Shown here in pieces: positions 11,018 through 20,400 of a DNA stretch of 59,335 nt (positions are counted from its first letter, which is position 1; every line of letters begins with the position of its first letter). The notes under the pieces are model-generated. The model was not told where the DNA came from. It made no database searches and saw only the letters and a list, made by a program, of their open reading frames with translations. The position numbers were made by a program, and so were the translations under genes. The stretch is taken from the NCBI GenBank assembly GCA_025350665.1, contig JANXXJ010000063.1, positions 1 to 59,335 of the forward strand, in the 5' to 3' direction. Source of the DNA: Gemmatimonadota bacterium. GTDB taxonomy: Bacteria > Gemmatimonadota > Gemmatimonadetes > Gemmatimonadales > GWC2-71-9.

Positions 11018-11019
11018 GT

Positions 11020-11433
11020 CTACCGGATCCACCGATCGACCGGGAGCCCGGGCACCCGCTCGAATTCCCGCACATTGCCGGTCGCCACCGCGTACCCCGC
11101 CGAGCGGGCAATGCTCGCAATCACCAGATCGCGGTCCGAAATCGGCTTGCTCCGGAGGGCCAGGCGCAATTCGGCGAAATGCGCCGCCGCGGGCCGGTCA
11201 AAAGGAAGCAGGGCCACACCGCTTTCCAGAATCGACTCGACCTGCTCCAGGTTCCCGGCAGGATCCCGGCTCAGGAGCGCGCCATAGCGCAGTTCGGCCT
11301 CAGTCATGGTGGTGATGGCCACGTCCGCCGGCGACAGAGCGCGGAGCCGCTCCCCCACGCCCTTCCGCCGCCTGAGCCACTCGACGCACACATCGGTGTC
11401 GAGCACCCACGGACCGGCCAACTCCGGTTTCAC
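11020..11433 (-). CDS. vapC: VapC-family PIN-domain toxin
   Basis: VLDTD, TEAEL.YG, DRDLVIASIA, TGNVREFERVPGL; GTGA overlap with antitoxin stop. Confidence 0.9.
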   Translation of the reverse strand: MKPELAGPWVLDTDVCVEWLRRRKGVGERLRALSPADVAITTMTEAELRYGALLSRDPAGNLEQVESILESGVALLPFDRPAAAHFAELRLALRSKPISDRDLVIASIARSAGYAVATGNVREFERVPGLPVDRWIR

Positions 11434-11699
11434 TCGTCGAACCCGCCAAGGACGCGGTCCCGGTGAGGCGCGTCCGGGAGCGGCGCCGGCATCCGGAAAT
11501 CGTCGGTGACGCTCGGCGATCCGTCGAACCAACGCCAGAAGGCGCCGGGCCACTTCGGCTTGGACATCGGCTCGAGAATCACCCGACTCCCCTCCTTCCT
11601 TACCCGGACATAGCGCCCTTCGAAACGGCAGGCCGCCGGCAGCCGCACCGCCTGACTCCCACCGGTCATGAACAACCCGGCCCGATATTCTTCGCTCAT
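11430..11699 (-). CDS. vapB: VapB antitoxin, AbrB/MazE-type DNA-binding domain
   Basis: LFMTGGSQAVRLPAACRF...VRVRKEGSRVILEP; directly upstream of the PIN gene. Confidence 0.9.
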   Translation of the reverse strand: MSEEYRAGLFMTGGSQAVRLPAACRFEGRYVRVRKEGSRVILEPMSKPKWPGAFWRWFDGSPSVTDDFRMPAPLPDAPHRDRVLGGFDE

Positions 11700-11717
11700 G
11701 AATCCCAGCCTTTGTTC

Positions 11718-11756
11718 GGACGTACATACAGTAGATACGTCCTGCGGTCTTGGCAA
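11718..11756 (-). promoter_or_regulatory. vapBC promoter with overlapping palindromic operator
   Basis: Minus strand TTGCCA-N17-TACTGT; 25-bp dyad GGACGTA-N11-TACGTCC at 11718-11742 covering the -10. Confidence 0.7.
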
Positions 11757-11819
11757 GGGGTCCGGCATCCCGCCCCACACAGGGGACAACATCACGCTGG
11801 TCATGGGTCCCAAAATGCC

Positions 11820-11839
11820 AACGGCCCCGTGGGGCCGTT
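11820..11839 (-). terminator. Probable terminator hairpin after the beta-oxidation cluster
   Basis: AACGGCCC-CGTG-GGGCCGTT stem followed on the minus strand by GGCATTTT. Confidence 0.5.
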
Positions 11840-11885
11840 AACCAAACGAACGCAGGGCGAATCGAATCGCCGCGAACACCCGCGG

Positions 11886-12914
11886 TCAGATGAGCTTGAC
11901 CAGTTGCTTGCCGAAGTTCCGGCCTTTGAGGAGCCCAATGAACGCCTCCGGCGCCGACGCCAGCCCGTCCGCGACGGTCTCCCGGTACTTGAGCTTGCCC
12001 GTGGCCACCAGCCCGCCAAGCTCCCGGAGCGCCTCGGACCAGAGCTCCATGTGCTCCGACACGATGAACCCTTCCACCTTCATCCGGTTCACCAGAATGA
12101 GTTGTGGCGCCAGCATTGGAATCGGCTGGCCGTTGTACCCCGAGATCATCCCGCACATCGCAATCCGCGAGAACGCATTGGCCCGGAACATCACGGCATC
12201 GAGAATCATTCCGCCCACGTTCTCGAAATAGCCGTCGATGCCGTTCGGACAGGCTTCCTTGAGAGCAGCCGAGAGAGATTTGAGATCGGGATGCTGCTTG
12301 TAATCGATGCAGGCGTCGAACCCCAGTTCCTCGACCACGTAGTGGCATTTGTCGGGGCCGCCGGCCAGACCGACGGCCCGGGCGCCCCGCGCCTTGGCGA
12401 GCTGACCGACCACACCGCCCACCGCCCCGCTCGCGGCACTCACGACCACGGTCTCACCCGCTTGGGGCCCGATGATCTTGATCAGACCATACCACGCCGT
12501 CACACCGGGCATGCCGACCACGCCGAGATAGGCCGAGAGCGGAATCCGGCTCGCATCGACCGTTTGAAGCGCGCCGGCGGCCGCGGGAGCGGCATCAACG
12601 ATCGAGTACTGCTGCCAGCCCCCCCAACCAACGACCTTGTCCCCGGCGAGAAACGCCGGGTTCTTCGACACCACCACTTCGCCCACGGTGCCTCCGATCA
12701 TCACCTGATCGAGCGCCTGGGGCGCCGCGTAACTCTTCCCGTCGTTCATCCGGCCCCGCATATAGGGGTCGAGGCTCAGATAGTGGTGCCGAACGAGGAC
12801 CTGTCCGTCGCCAAGTTCTGGAACCGGAGTCTCCACCAACCGGAAGTTGGTCGGAGTCGGTTCGCCGGCGGGGCGCGAGGCGAGCAGCAGTTGCTGGTTC
12901 ACGAAAGCCGTCAT
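11886..12914 (-). CDS. NADP-dependent oxidoreductase (CurA/YncB, prostaglandin reductase-like MDR)
   Basis: LASRP.GEP, YLSLDPYMRGRM, VSAASGAVG, GRNFGKQLV. Confidence 0.93.
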   Translation of the reverse strand: MTAFVNQQLLLASRPAGEPTPTNFRLVETPVPELGDGQVLVRHHYLSLDPYMRGRMNDGKSYAAPQALDQVMIGGTVGEVVVSKNPAFLAGDKVVGWGGWQQYSIVDAAPAAAGALQTVDASRIPLSAYLGVVGMPGVTAWYGLIKIIGPQAGETVVVSAASGAVGGVVGQLAKARGARAVGLAGGPDKCHYVVEELGFDACIDYKQHPDLKSLSAALKEACPNGIDGYFENVGGMILDAVMFRANAFSRIAMCGMISGYNGQPIPMLAPQLILVNRMKVEGFIVSEHMELWSEALRELGGLVATGKLKYRETVADGLASAPEAFIGLLKGRNFGKQLVKLI

Positions 12915-12929
12915 GTCAGGGTCCGTTGC

Positions 12930-13718
12930 TCAGGCGAAAATGCAGGAAACGCCGCCGTCGACGGCGAGGATCTGGCCGGTGATGTGCTTCCCGGCGTCCG
13001 ATGCGAACAGCAGCGCGGCGCCCTTGAGATCGTCGTCATCACCAAGGCGCCGAAGCGGTACTCGGGCGGTGAGATTCTCGACCCCGATTTTTTCGAGCGT
13101 GCCCTTGGTCATGCGGCTCGGGAAGAAACCGGGTGCCAGCGCGTTCACCGTGATCCCGTATTCGCCCCATTCGCCGGCCAGGGTTCGGGTCAGGTTGACC
13201 ACGCCCCCCTTGCTCGCGTTGTACGCCACGGTCTCGTGCCCGGGCGGATTTCCCGCCAGCCCGGCAATCGACGCAGTCATGATGATCCGTCCCTTCCGGC
13301 GCGGGATCATGCTCTTCTTGGCAATAGTCTGGCTGAAGAGAAAGACGCTCCGCAGATTGAGATTCATGACCTTGTCCCAGGCCTCGAGCGGATGATCCTC
13401 GGCCGGAGCCCCCCAAGCAGCCCCGGCGTTGTTGATCAGGATGTCCACCTGGCCCAGTCGGGCGATCGCCTCGTCGCAGACCTTGCGGACCTGGTCCGGA
13501 TCGCTGGCGTCGGCCGTTATCCAGGTCGCGTCGATCCCGCGGGCTTTGAGGTGCGCCGCCGATTCCTCGAGATCCGCCGCTTTCCGGGAAGTGAGTACCA
13601 GCCTGGCCCCCGCCTCGCCCAGGGCCTCGGCCATCTGGAGCCCCAGACCCCGCGAACCACCGGTGATCAGCGCGGTCCGGCCGGTAAGGTCGAACAATTT
13701 ATTGATGGGCGTGCTCAT
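12930..13718 (-). CDS. Short-chain dehydrogenase/reductase (gluconate 5-dehydrogenase-like)
   Basis: TGGSRGLG, NNAG, YNASK, VDGG. Confidence 0.92.
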   Translation of the reverse strand: MSTPINKLFDLTGRTALITGGSRGLGLQMAEALGEAGARLVLTSRKAADLEESAAHLKARGIDATWITADASDPDQVRKVCDEAIARLGQVDILINNAGAAWGAPAEDHPLEAWDKVMNLNLRSVFLFSQTIAKKSMIPRRKGRIIMTASIAGLAGNPPGHETVAYNASKGGVVNLTRTLAGEWGEYGITVNALAPGFFPSRMTKGTLEKIGVENLTARVPLRRLGDDDDLKGAALLFASDAGKHITGQILAVDGGVSCIFA

Positions 13719-13729
13719 GGACCCTCGTT

Positions 13730-14905
13730 TCAGAGAACTTCGAAAATGCCGGCGGCACCCATGCCGCCGCCGATGCACATCGTGACGCAGACCCGCTTGG
13801 CGCCCCGGCGCCTGCCCTCGAGCAGGGCGTGACCGGTGAGGCGCTGACCGCTCATCCCGTAGGGGTGGCCGATCGCGATCGCGCCGCCATTCACGTTGAG
13901 TCGGTCCATCGGAATGCCCAGCGTGTCGGCACAGTAGAGCACCTGCACGGCAAAGGCTTCATTCAGCTCCCAGAGATCGATGTCGTTCACGGTGAGCCCG
14001 AGGCGCTTGAGCACCTTCGGCACGGCAAAGACCGGCCCGATTCCCATCTCGTCCGGCTCGCACCCCGCCACCGCAAAGCCCAGGAAACGCCCGATCGGCT
14101 TCAGCCCCTTCTGCTCCGCATACTTCTCGCTGGTCACCACGCAGGCCCCGGCGCCGTCGCTGAACTGGCTCGCGTTGCCCGCAGTCACGACTCCGCCAGG
14201 CACCGCGGTCCTGATGTCCTTGATGCCCTCGTAGGTCGTGCCGGCCCGCATTCCCTCGTCCACCGACGAGGTCACTTCCCGGGTCCTCAGGCCCATGACC
14301 GGGTCGGCGGTGCCGGCCGTGACCGTAATCGGCGCGATCTCGTCCTTGAACTTCCCCGCCTCGTGGGCGGCGCAGGCCCTCTGCTGACTCTCGGCGCCGT
14401 AGTGGTCCATCCGCTCCTTCGGGATCGCGTACCGCTTGGCCACCGTCTCGGCAGTCTGGAGCATGGGCCAGTAGAGTTCCGGCTTGTGCTCCTTGATCCA
14501 CGAATCGGCGAGCATGTGCTGGTTGATCTCCTGCTGAACGCAGGAAATGCTCTCGACGCCTCCCGCCACGAACACCTCACCCTCGCCGCTCATGATCCGC
14601 TGCGAGGCGAGCGCGATGGTCTGAAGCCCGCTCGAGCAGAACCGGTTGACCGTCATCCCGCTCACGGTGACCGGGAGCCCGGCGCGAACGGCGCACTGGC
14701 GCGCGATGTTGACGCCGGTGGCGCCTTCGGGATTGGCGCAGCCCATCAGAACGTCTTCGACGTCCGCGGGGTCGATGCCGGCCCGTTCGAGGGCGGCCTT
14801 CACCACGTGGCCACCCAGGGTGGCGCCGTGGGTCATGTTGAACGCGCCCTTCCAGCTCTTGGCGAGCGGCGTCCGGGCGGTCGAAACGATTACTGCGCGG
14901 CTCAT
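13730..14905 (-). CDS. Acetyl-CoA C-acyltransferase (thiolase, PimB/FadA-like)
   Basis: NRFCSSG, NEAFA, GHPYG, CIGGGMG. Confidence 0.95.
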   Translation of the reverse strand: MSRAVIVSTARTPLAKSWKGAFNMTHGATLGGHVVKAALERAGIDPADVEDVLMGCANPEGATGVNIARQCAVRAGLPVTVSGMTVNRFCSSGLQTIALASQRIMSGEGEVFVAGGVESISCVQQEINQHMLADSWIKEHKPELYWPMLQTAETVAKRYAIPKERMDHYGAESQQRACAAHEAGKFKDEIAPITVTAGTADPVMGLRTREVTSSVDEGMRAGTTYEGIKDIRTAVPGGVVTAGNASQFSDGAGACVVTSEKYAEQKGLKPIGRFLGFAVAGCEPDEMGIGPVFAVPKVLKRLGLTVNDIDLWELNEAFAVQVLYCADTLGIPMDRLNVNGGAIAIGHPYGMSGQRLTGHALLEGRRRGAKRVCVTMCIGGGMGAAGIFEVL

Positions 14906-14916
14906 CGTGATTCCTT

Positions 14917-17022
14917 TCAGGTAAAGCTCTTGCCCTCGGCGACCAGCCGGGCGAGAAGCGGAGCCGGCTGCCAGAAGCCGGCGTCGTCATGAGGGTTCAG
15001 GCCAAAATGCTGCATCGCCCGGACCACGTTGAAGAGGCCCTGGCTGTCGGCGTAACAAAGCGGGCCACCGCGGAACAGCGGAAAGCCGTACCCGGTGAGA
15101 TACACCATGTCGATGTCGCTCGCCTTGTTGGCGATCCCTTCTTCGAGAATCCGGGCCGCTTCGTTCACCAGCGAGTAGACCAGGCGCTGGACGATCTCCT
15201 CTTCCCCGACCTTCCGGGGGGCCCTCCCGATCGTCTTGCGGTAGTCCACGATCATCTGTTCGACCTCGGCCGAGGCGATCGCGTCACGCTGGCCGGCCTT
15301 GTAGTCGTACCAGCCGGCGCCGGTCTTCTGGCCGAACCGGCCCTTCTCGCAGAGCAGGTCCGCCGTCTTGCTGTACCGGATGTTGGGAAACTCGACCGCC
15401 CGGCGCTTCCGGATCGCCCAGCCGATGTCGTTCCCGGCGAGGTCGCTCATGCGGAAGGGTCCCATGGCGAAGCCGAATTTCTCGATGGCCCGGTCCACCT
15501 GGGACGGCGTGCAGCCCTCGTCGAGCAGGAACCCGGACTGGCGAATGTACTGCTCGACCATCCGATTCCCGATGAAGCCATCGCACACGCCGGAGACCAC
15601 CGCGGTCTTCTTGATGACCTTGGCCATCGCCATCACCGTCGCGAGCACGTCCTTGGCCGTCGCCTTGCCGCGGACCACCTCGAGCAGCTTCATCACATTG
15701 GCCGGGCTGAAGAAGTGGAGCCCGACCACATCGGCCGGCCGCCTCGTGAAGCTCGCGATGGTATCGACATTCAGCGTCGAGGTGTTGGTGGCCAGGATGG
15801 CGCCCGGCTTGGCGGCCTGATCCAGCTTCTTGAAGACCGTCTCCTTGACCCCCATCTCCTCGAACACCGCCTCGATGACCAGATCGGCGTCCTTGATGTC
15901 GTCATAGGAGAGCGTGGGCGTCAGCAGGCTCATCCGCTGCTGGTAGACGTCCGACTTGAGCTTCCCCTTCTTGACCTGGCTCTCGTAGTTCCTGGCGATC
16001 GTGGCCAGCCCGCGGTCGAGCGCGTCCTGCCGGGTCTCGAGGATCACGACCGGAATCCCGGCATTCAGGAAATTCATCGAGATCCCGCCGCCCATCGTGC
16101 CGGCACCGATCACCGCCACCTTGGCGATCTTCCGGACCGGGGTATCCTCGGGCACGTCGGGGATCTTGCTCGCCGCCCGCTCGCCGAAGAAGGCATGGCG
16201 AAGCGCCTTCGACTCGGGCGTGAACATGAGCGCCATGAAGAGTTCCCGCTCGTAGGCCATGCCGTCCTCGAACGACCGCTTGACCGAGGCCTCGACCGCA
16301 TCGACACAGCGCGCCGGAGCCGGGAAATTCTTCGCCATAGCCTTGACGGTGTTCCGGGCAAACTGGAAATAGCCGTCGGGGTTCGGATCGGTGGCCGGCA
16401 GGCTCCGGACTCGTGGCAGCGGGGCGCCACCCGCGTGCCTGGCGCCGACGTCGGCCGCGAACGCGAGGGCGCCGGTCATCAGGTCGCCTTCGATCAGCTG
16501 GTCGAACAGCCGCTGCCCCGGCTGCATCGCGAGCAGTTCGCTCTTCACCGGTTCGCCGCTCACGATCATATTGAGCGCCGTTTCGACGCCGAGCACCCGC
16601 GGCAGCCGCTGGGTGCCACCGGCGCCGGGCAACAGACCGAGCTTGACCTCGGGCAGCGCGATACTCGCGCCGGCGACCGCGACCCGGTAGTGGCAGCCCA
16701 GGGCCAGTTCGAGCCCGCCGCCCATGCAGACGCTGTGAATCGCGGCCACCACCGGCTTGCTGCAGCCGTCGACGACTTTGATCAGGGTGCCAAGGTTGGG
16801 CTCGGCCGCCGCCTTCGGCGAACCGAACTCGCGGATGTCGGCGCCGCCTGAAAATGCTTTGCCGGCCCCGGTCAGCACGACAGCTTTGACCGCGGCGTCC
16901 GCTTCCGCCCTGGCGACGCCCGCCGCGACGTCGCTCCGGGTCGCGTGGCCCAGACCGTTCACCGGTGGATTGTCGAGCGTGATGACGGCGATGCCGTCTC
17001 TGACTTCGTAGCGAGCACTCAT
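14917..17022 (-). CDS. Bifunctional enoyl-CoA hydratase / 3-hydroxyacyl-CoA dehydrogenase (PimF/FadB-like)
   Basis: [41 protein letters not shown]. Confidence 0.95.
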   Translation of the reverse strand: MSARYEVRDGIAVITLDNPPVNGLGHATRSDVAAGVARAEADAAVKAVVLTGAGKAFSGGADIREFGSPKAAAEPNLGTLIKVVDGCSKPVVAAIHSVCMGGGLELALGCHYRVAVAGASIALPEVKLGLLPGAGGTQRLPRVLGVETALNMIVSGEPVKSELLAMQPGQRLFDQLIEGDLMTGALAFAADVGARHAGGAPLPRVRSLPATDPNPDGYFQFARNTVKAMAKNFPAPARCVDAVEASVKRSFEDGMAYERELFMALMFTPESKALRHAFFGERAASKIPDVPEDTPVRKIAKVAVIGAGTMGGGISMNFLNAGIPVVILETRQDALDRGLATIARNYESQVKKGKLKSDVYQQRMSLLTPTLSYDDIKDADLVIEAVFEEMGVKETVFKKLDQAAKPGAILATNTSTLNVDTIASFTRRPADVVGLHFFSPANVMKLLEVVRGKATAKDVLATVMAMAKVIKKTAVVSGVCDGFIGNRMVEQYIRQSGFLLDEGCTPSQVDRAIEKFGFAMGPFRMSDLAGNDIGWAIRKRRAVEFPNIRYSKTADLLCEKGRFGQKTGAGWYDYKAGQRDAIASAEVEQMIVDYRKTIGRAPRKVGEEEIVQRLVYSLVNEAARILEEGIANKASDIDMVYLTGYGFPLFRGGPLCYADSQGLFNVVRAMQHFGLNPHDDAGFWQPAPLLARLVAEGKSFT

Positions 17023-17052
17023 GGAGTTCCGTTTCCTTCCGCCTGACCTGGC

Positions 17053-18030
17053 TCAGGCATTGGTCATCACCAGCTTGCCCCGGACCTGGCGGGATGCCAT
17101 CCGCGCATAGGCTTCGGGCAGTCGATTCATCGGTAACACCTGATCAATCACCGGCTTGATCCGGCCCTGACCGTACCAGACGCCGAGCTCCGTCATCACC
17201 CGGCTCCAGTCGGCCGGCTCGCGCCGGACGTAGTCACCCCAGAACACGCCCACCACCGACGCCCCCTTGAGCAGGGCCAGGTTGAGCGGCAGCGAGGGAA
17301 TGGTCCCGCCGGCGAATCCGATCACCAAATACCGCCCCCGCCAGGCGATCGACCGGAAGGCCGGCTCGGTCAGCGCACCACCGACCGGATCGTAGACTAC
17401 GTCCGGGCCCTTGCCCCCGGTCAGCGCCTTGAGCGCGTCCCGGAGGTTCTCCTGCTGGTAGTCGATCGTGGCATCCGCACCGAGCGAGCGGCAGAAGGCG
17501 GCCTTCTCGGGGGTCGAGACCCCGGCGATCACCCGGGCGCCCATCGCCTTGGCAATCTGGATCGCCGCCGTGCCTACTCCGCCGGCGGCGCCCAGCACGA
17601 GCGCGGTTTCCCCGCTCTTGAGGGCAGCCCGGTCAACCAGGGCGTGGTGGGTCGTGCCATACGTCAGGACGAAGGCGGCCGCCTCGTCAAACGGAAGAGC
17701 TGGCGGGAGCGCCACCAGTTGCCCCGCGTCGGCAAGGGCGTGGGTCGCGAAGCCGCCGGTCCCGCCGACCGACGCGACGCGGTCGCCCACCGCGACCTGG
17801 CTGACCCCTGGCCCGACCGCCACCACCGTCCCGGCAAATTCGGACCCCGGCACGAACGGCAGGGCCGGCTTGAATTGGTATTTGCCCTCGATGATGAGCA
17901 GGTCTGGAAAGTTGAGACTGGCCGCGGCGATCGCGACCGATGCCTGCCCCGGCCCCGGTTCAGGCGTAGGGATTTCCCGCCACCGCAAGGCGTCAACGCC
18001 ACTCAGAGCGTCACAGAACCAACCGAACAT
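17053..18030 (-). CDS. NADPH:quinone oxidoreductase (zeta-crystallin MDR)
   Basis: SLNFPD, PFVPGSEFAG, GAAGGVG, DPVGG; start MFGWFCDA at 18030. Confidence 0.92.
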   Translation of the reverse strand: MFGWFCDALSGVDALRWREIPTPEPGPGQASVAIAAASLNFPDLLIIEGKYQFKPALPFVPGSEFAGTVVAVGPGVSQVAVGDRVASVGGTGGFATHALADAGQLVALPPALPFDEAAAFVLTYGTTHHALVDRAALKSGETALVLGAAGGVGTAAIQIAKAMGARVIAGVSTPEKAAFCRSLGADATIDYQQENLRDALKALTGGKGPDVVYDPVGGALTEPAFRSIAWRGRYLVIGFAGGTIPSLPLNLALLKGASVVGVFWGDYVRREPADWSRVMTELGVWYGQGRIKPVIDQVLPMNRLPEAYARMASRQVRGKLVMTNA

Positions 18031-18139
18031 TGCCACCCGATTGACGAGAGCCGCGGCAACGTACGGCGCTTTGCGCCGGAGGTCAAATAACTCGCCGGAC
18101 TGGACGATTTCGGGCGGTTCCACTATCCATTCCTGCATT

Positions 18140-18222
18140 GCCGCCAGGGGTACTCCGCGACAGCGGGGTTGAGAAAGTCTCTTGGAACCTGATCCGGTCA
18201 ACACCGGCGTAGGGAGCGCGGC
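18140..18222 (+). ncRNA. TPP (THI-box) riboswitch aptamer
   Basis: GGGGT..P3 hairpin..TGAGA...GAACCTGATCCGGTCAACACCGGCGTAGGGA core; P1 GCCGC/GCGGC; upstream of a thiamine-type TonB receptor. Confidence 0.88.
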
Positions 18223-18268
18223 GTGTCGCAGACGCGGCCGGCTCCCCGGCCCCTGCGACCGCGACTCC

Positions 18269-18293
18269 GGACGCCGCTTCATGCGAGGCGTCC
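18269..18293 (+). promoter_or_regulatory. RBS-sequestering hairpin (riboswitch expression platform)
   Basis: GGACGCC (18269-75) pairs with GGCGTCC (18287-93), overlapping the GAGG SD, 3 nt before ATG 18297. Confidence 0.7.
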
Positions 18294-18296
18294 ACC

Positions 18297-20306
18297 ATGC
18301 TCAGTCTGTCACTCATCCTGATCATTGCCGTCCAGGACACCACCCGCCTCCACCAGAAGCCGGATACGCTCGAAACCGTCGTGGTTCGGGCGACCCGGGC
18401 CGGTGCCGCCGCTCCCACCTCTCAAAGCGTCGTGGACCGGGCCACGATTGCCCGGACCTACGCCGGCCAGGACGTGCCCCTGGCACTCCAGGGCCTCACC
18501 GCCGTCACGACCTCGTCGGATGCCGGCGGCTTTTCCGGCTACAGCTACCTCCGGCTCCGCGGAATCGACCAGACCCGGCTGACCGTCTCCCTCGACGGCG
18601 TTCCTCTCAACGACCCCGAAGACCAGGTCCTCTATTTCTCCAACATTCCCGACTTCGCCAACTCGATCCAGTCGATCCGGGTCCAGCGCGGCGTGGGCTC
18701 GAGCGGATTCGGCACCGCGTCGTTCGGCGGGTCGCTCAGCTTCGAGTCGATCCCGATTGCCGCGACGCCCCGGTTCGGCGAGGCGCAGGTTACCGCCGGA
18801 TCGTTCGGAACCGGCCGAGTCAGCGTGGCGGGGGCCACGGGGCTCCAGCACGGCTGGGCTGCCTACGGCCGGGTGTCGGGCCAGACGACGGACGGATACC
18901 GGGCCCACTCCGGGAACGATTCCCGGTCCGGGTTCTTCAGCGCCGGCTGGTTTGGCGCCCGCGATGCCCTGAAGCTGACCGGCTTCGTGGGCCGATCGAA
19001 GACCCACCTGGCGTACTACGCGGCGTCGGAAGCGGATCTATCCGTGGATCGCCGCGCCAACCCGATGTCCCCCGCCGAGCGGGACGACTTCCACCAGGAA
19101 ATGGTGAGCCTCCAGTATTCACGGGCGCTCTCGACAACCGGGTTGCTCACCGCGACCGCCTACCGGAACAGCGCCGGTGGCGAGTACGACGTAGCCGTCG
19201 GCAGCGATCTCTGGAACTTCAACCTCGATCACGCCTGGTACGGCCTCCTTACTACTTTCAACTGGCTACTTGGCCCTGTCGCCTTCACTGCCGGAGCCCA
19301 TGCGAGCACCTACCACCGGGAGCACTTCCTGTTCGTCCGGCCGGATCTCCTGAGCCGGATCTACGACAACACCGGCCGGAAACAGGAGCAGAGCGGTTTC
19401 GTGAAAGCCTCCTGGACCCGCAACGCCATCGACATCCACGCCGACCTGGAACTCCGCCGCGCGGCCTTCCAGTACCAGCCCACCGCTGGGACGCCGATCG
19501 GAACGCCGGCGATCGACTGGGTCTTTCTCAACCCGAAGGTCGGGCTCACCTGGCGCGCCGCGCCGGCCACGACCGCCCACCTGTCGCTCGGGCGGACCGG
19601 GCGGGAGCCGACCCGGAGCGACCTGTTCGCCGGCGCCGATGATCTGGACCAGACCCTGGCGGCCGAACTGCTCCCGCTCGGCCAGGTTCGGCCGGAATCG
19701 GTGACCGACCTCGAAGCCGGCATGCGCTGGACCGGCCGCCGGATCGAATTCGGGGCCAACCTGTTCGCGATGCGGTTCCACAATGAGATCGCCCCGATTG
19801 GCACGTTGTCGATCACCGGGAGCCCGCTCCGGAAGAATCTGCCCCGGAGCCAACGCACGGGCCTGGAACTCGAAGCCGGCTGGCACCCGACACCGCACCT
19901 GGCGTTCACCGGCAACGCCATGCTGATGCGGGCCAGGATTGCCGAATACACGGACGACGCGGCCGGGGTGACCTACCGGAACGTGCAGCCCCTGCTCTCC
20001 CCAGCCGTAATCGCGGCCCTGCAGGGCGAATGGCGTCCTGCCGCCCGGACCGCGCTGGTCCTGTCGGCTCGGCACATCGGCCAATCGCAACTGGCCAACG
20101 ACGGGAGTGCCACCATGGTCCTGCCGCGGGCCACACTGGTGGACGCCGGCGTCAGCATCGGCTGGTCGAAGTTCGAACTTCGGACCCAGGTCCAGAACCT
20201 CCTCAATGCCAACGCCTGGATGAGCGGGTATACCGACGGGAGCACCCGGTACCTCTTCCCGGTGGCAACCCGCACGCTACTCATGACCGTCTCGATCCGC
20301 CCTTGA
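18297..20306 (+). CDS. TonB-dependent receptor, probable thiamine/thiamine-precursor uptake
   Basis: TonB-box-like ETVVVRA; plug GQDVP..SDAG..YSYLRLRG..DGVPLND..QRGVGSS resembling TPP-regulated Bacteroidota receptors; TPP riboswitch upstream. Confidence 0.85.
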   Translation: MLSLSLILIIAVQDTTRLHQKPDTLETVVVRATRAGAAAPTSQSVVDRATIARTYAGQDVPLALQGLTAVTTSSDAGGFSGYSYLRLRGIDQTRLTVSLDGVPLNDPEDQVLYFSNIPDFANSIQSIRVQRGVGSSGFGTASFGGSLSFESIPIAATPRFGEAQVTAGSFGTGRVSVAGATGLQHGWAAYGRVSGQTTDGYRAHSGNDSRSGFFSAGWFGARDALKLTGFVGRSKTHLAYYAASEADLSVDRRANPMSPAERDDFHQEMVSLQYSRALSTTGLLTATAYRNSAGGEYDVAVGSDLWNFNLDHAWYGLLTTFNWLLGPVAFTAGAHASTYHREHFLFVRPDLLSRIYDNTGRKQEQSGFVKASWTRNAIDIHADLELRRAAFQYQPTAGTPIGTPAIDWVFLNPKVGLTWRAAPATTAHLSLGRTGREPTRSDLFAGADDLDQTLAAELLPLGQVRPESVTDLEAGMRWTGRRIEFGANLFAMRFHNEIAPIGTLSITGSPLRKNLPRSQRTGLELEAGWHPTPHLAFTGNAMLMRARIAEYTDDAAGVTYRNVQPLLSPAVIAALQGEWRPAARTALVLSARHIGQSQLANDGSATMVLPRATLVDAGVSIGWSKFELRTQVQNLLNANAWMSGYTDGSTRYLFPVATRTLLMTVSIRP

Positions 20307-20400
20307 GGCGGCGGCGGCCTCACCCAAATCGGCCCCCGCAGTATCTTGGTGAGTGGACCATTCGCCGTACTGTGGTTTCCTCTTCTTTCGGGAGTCCTTC

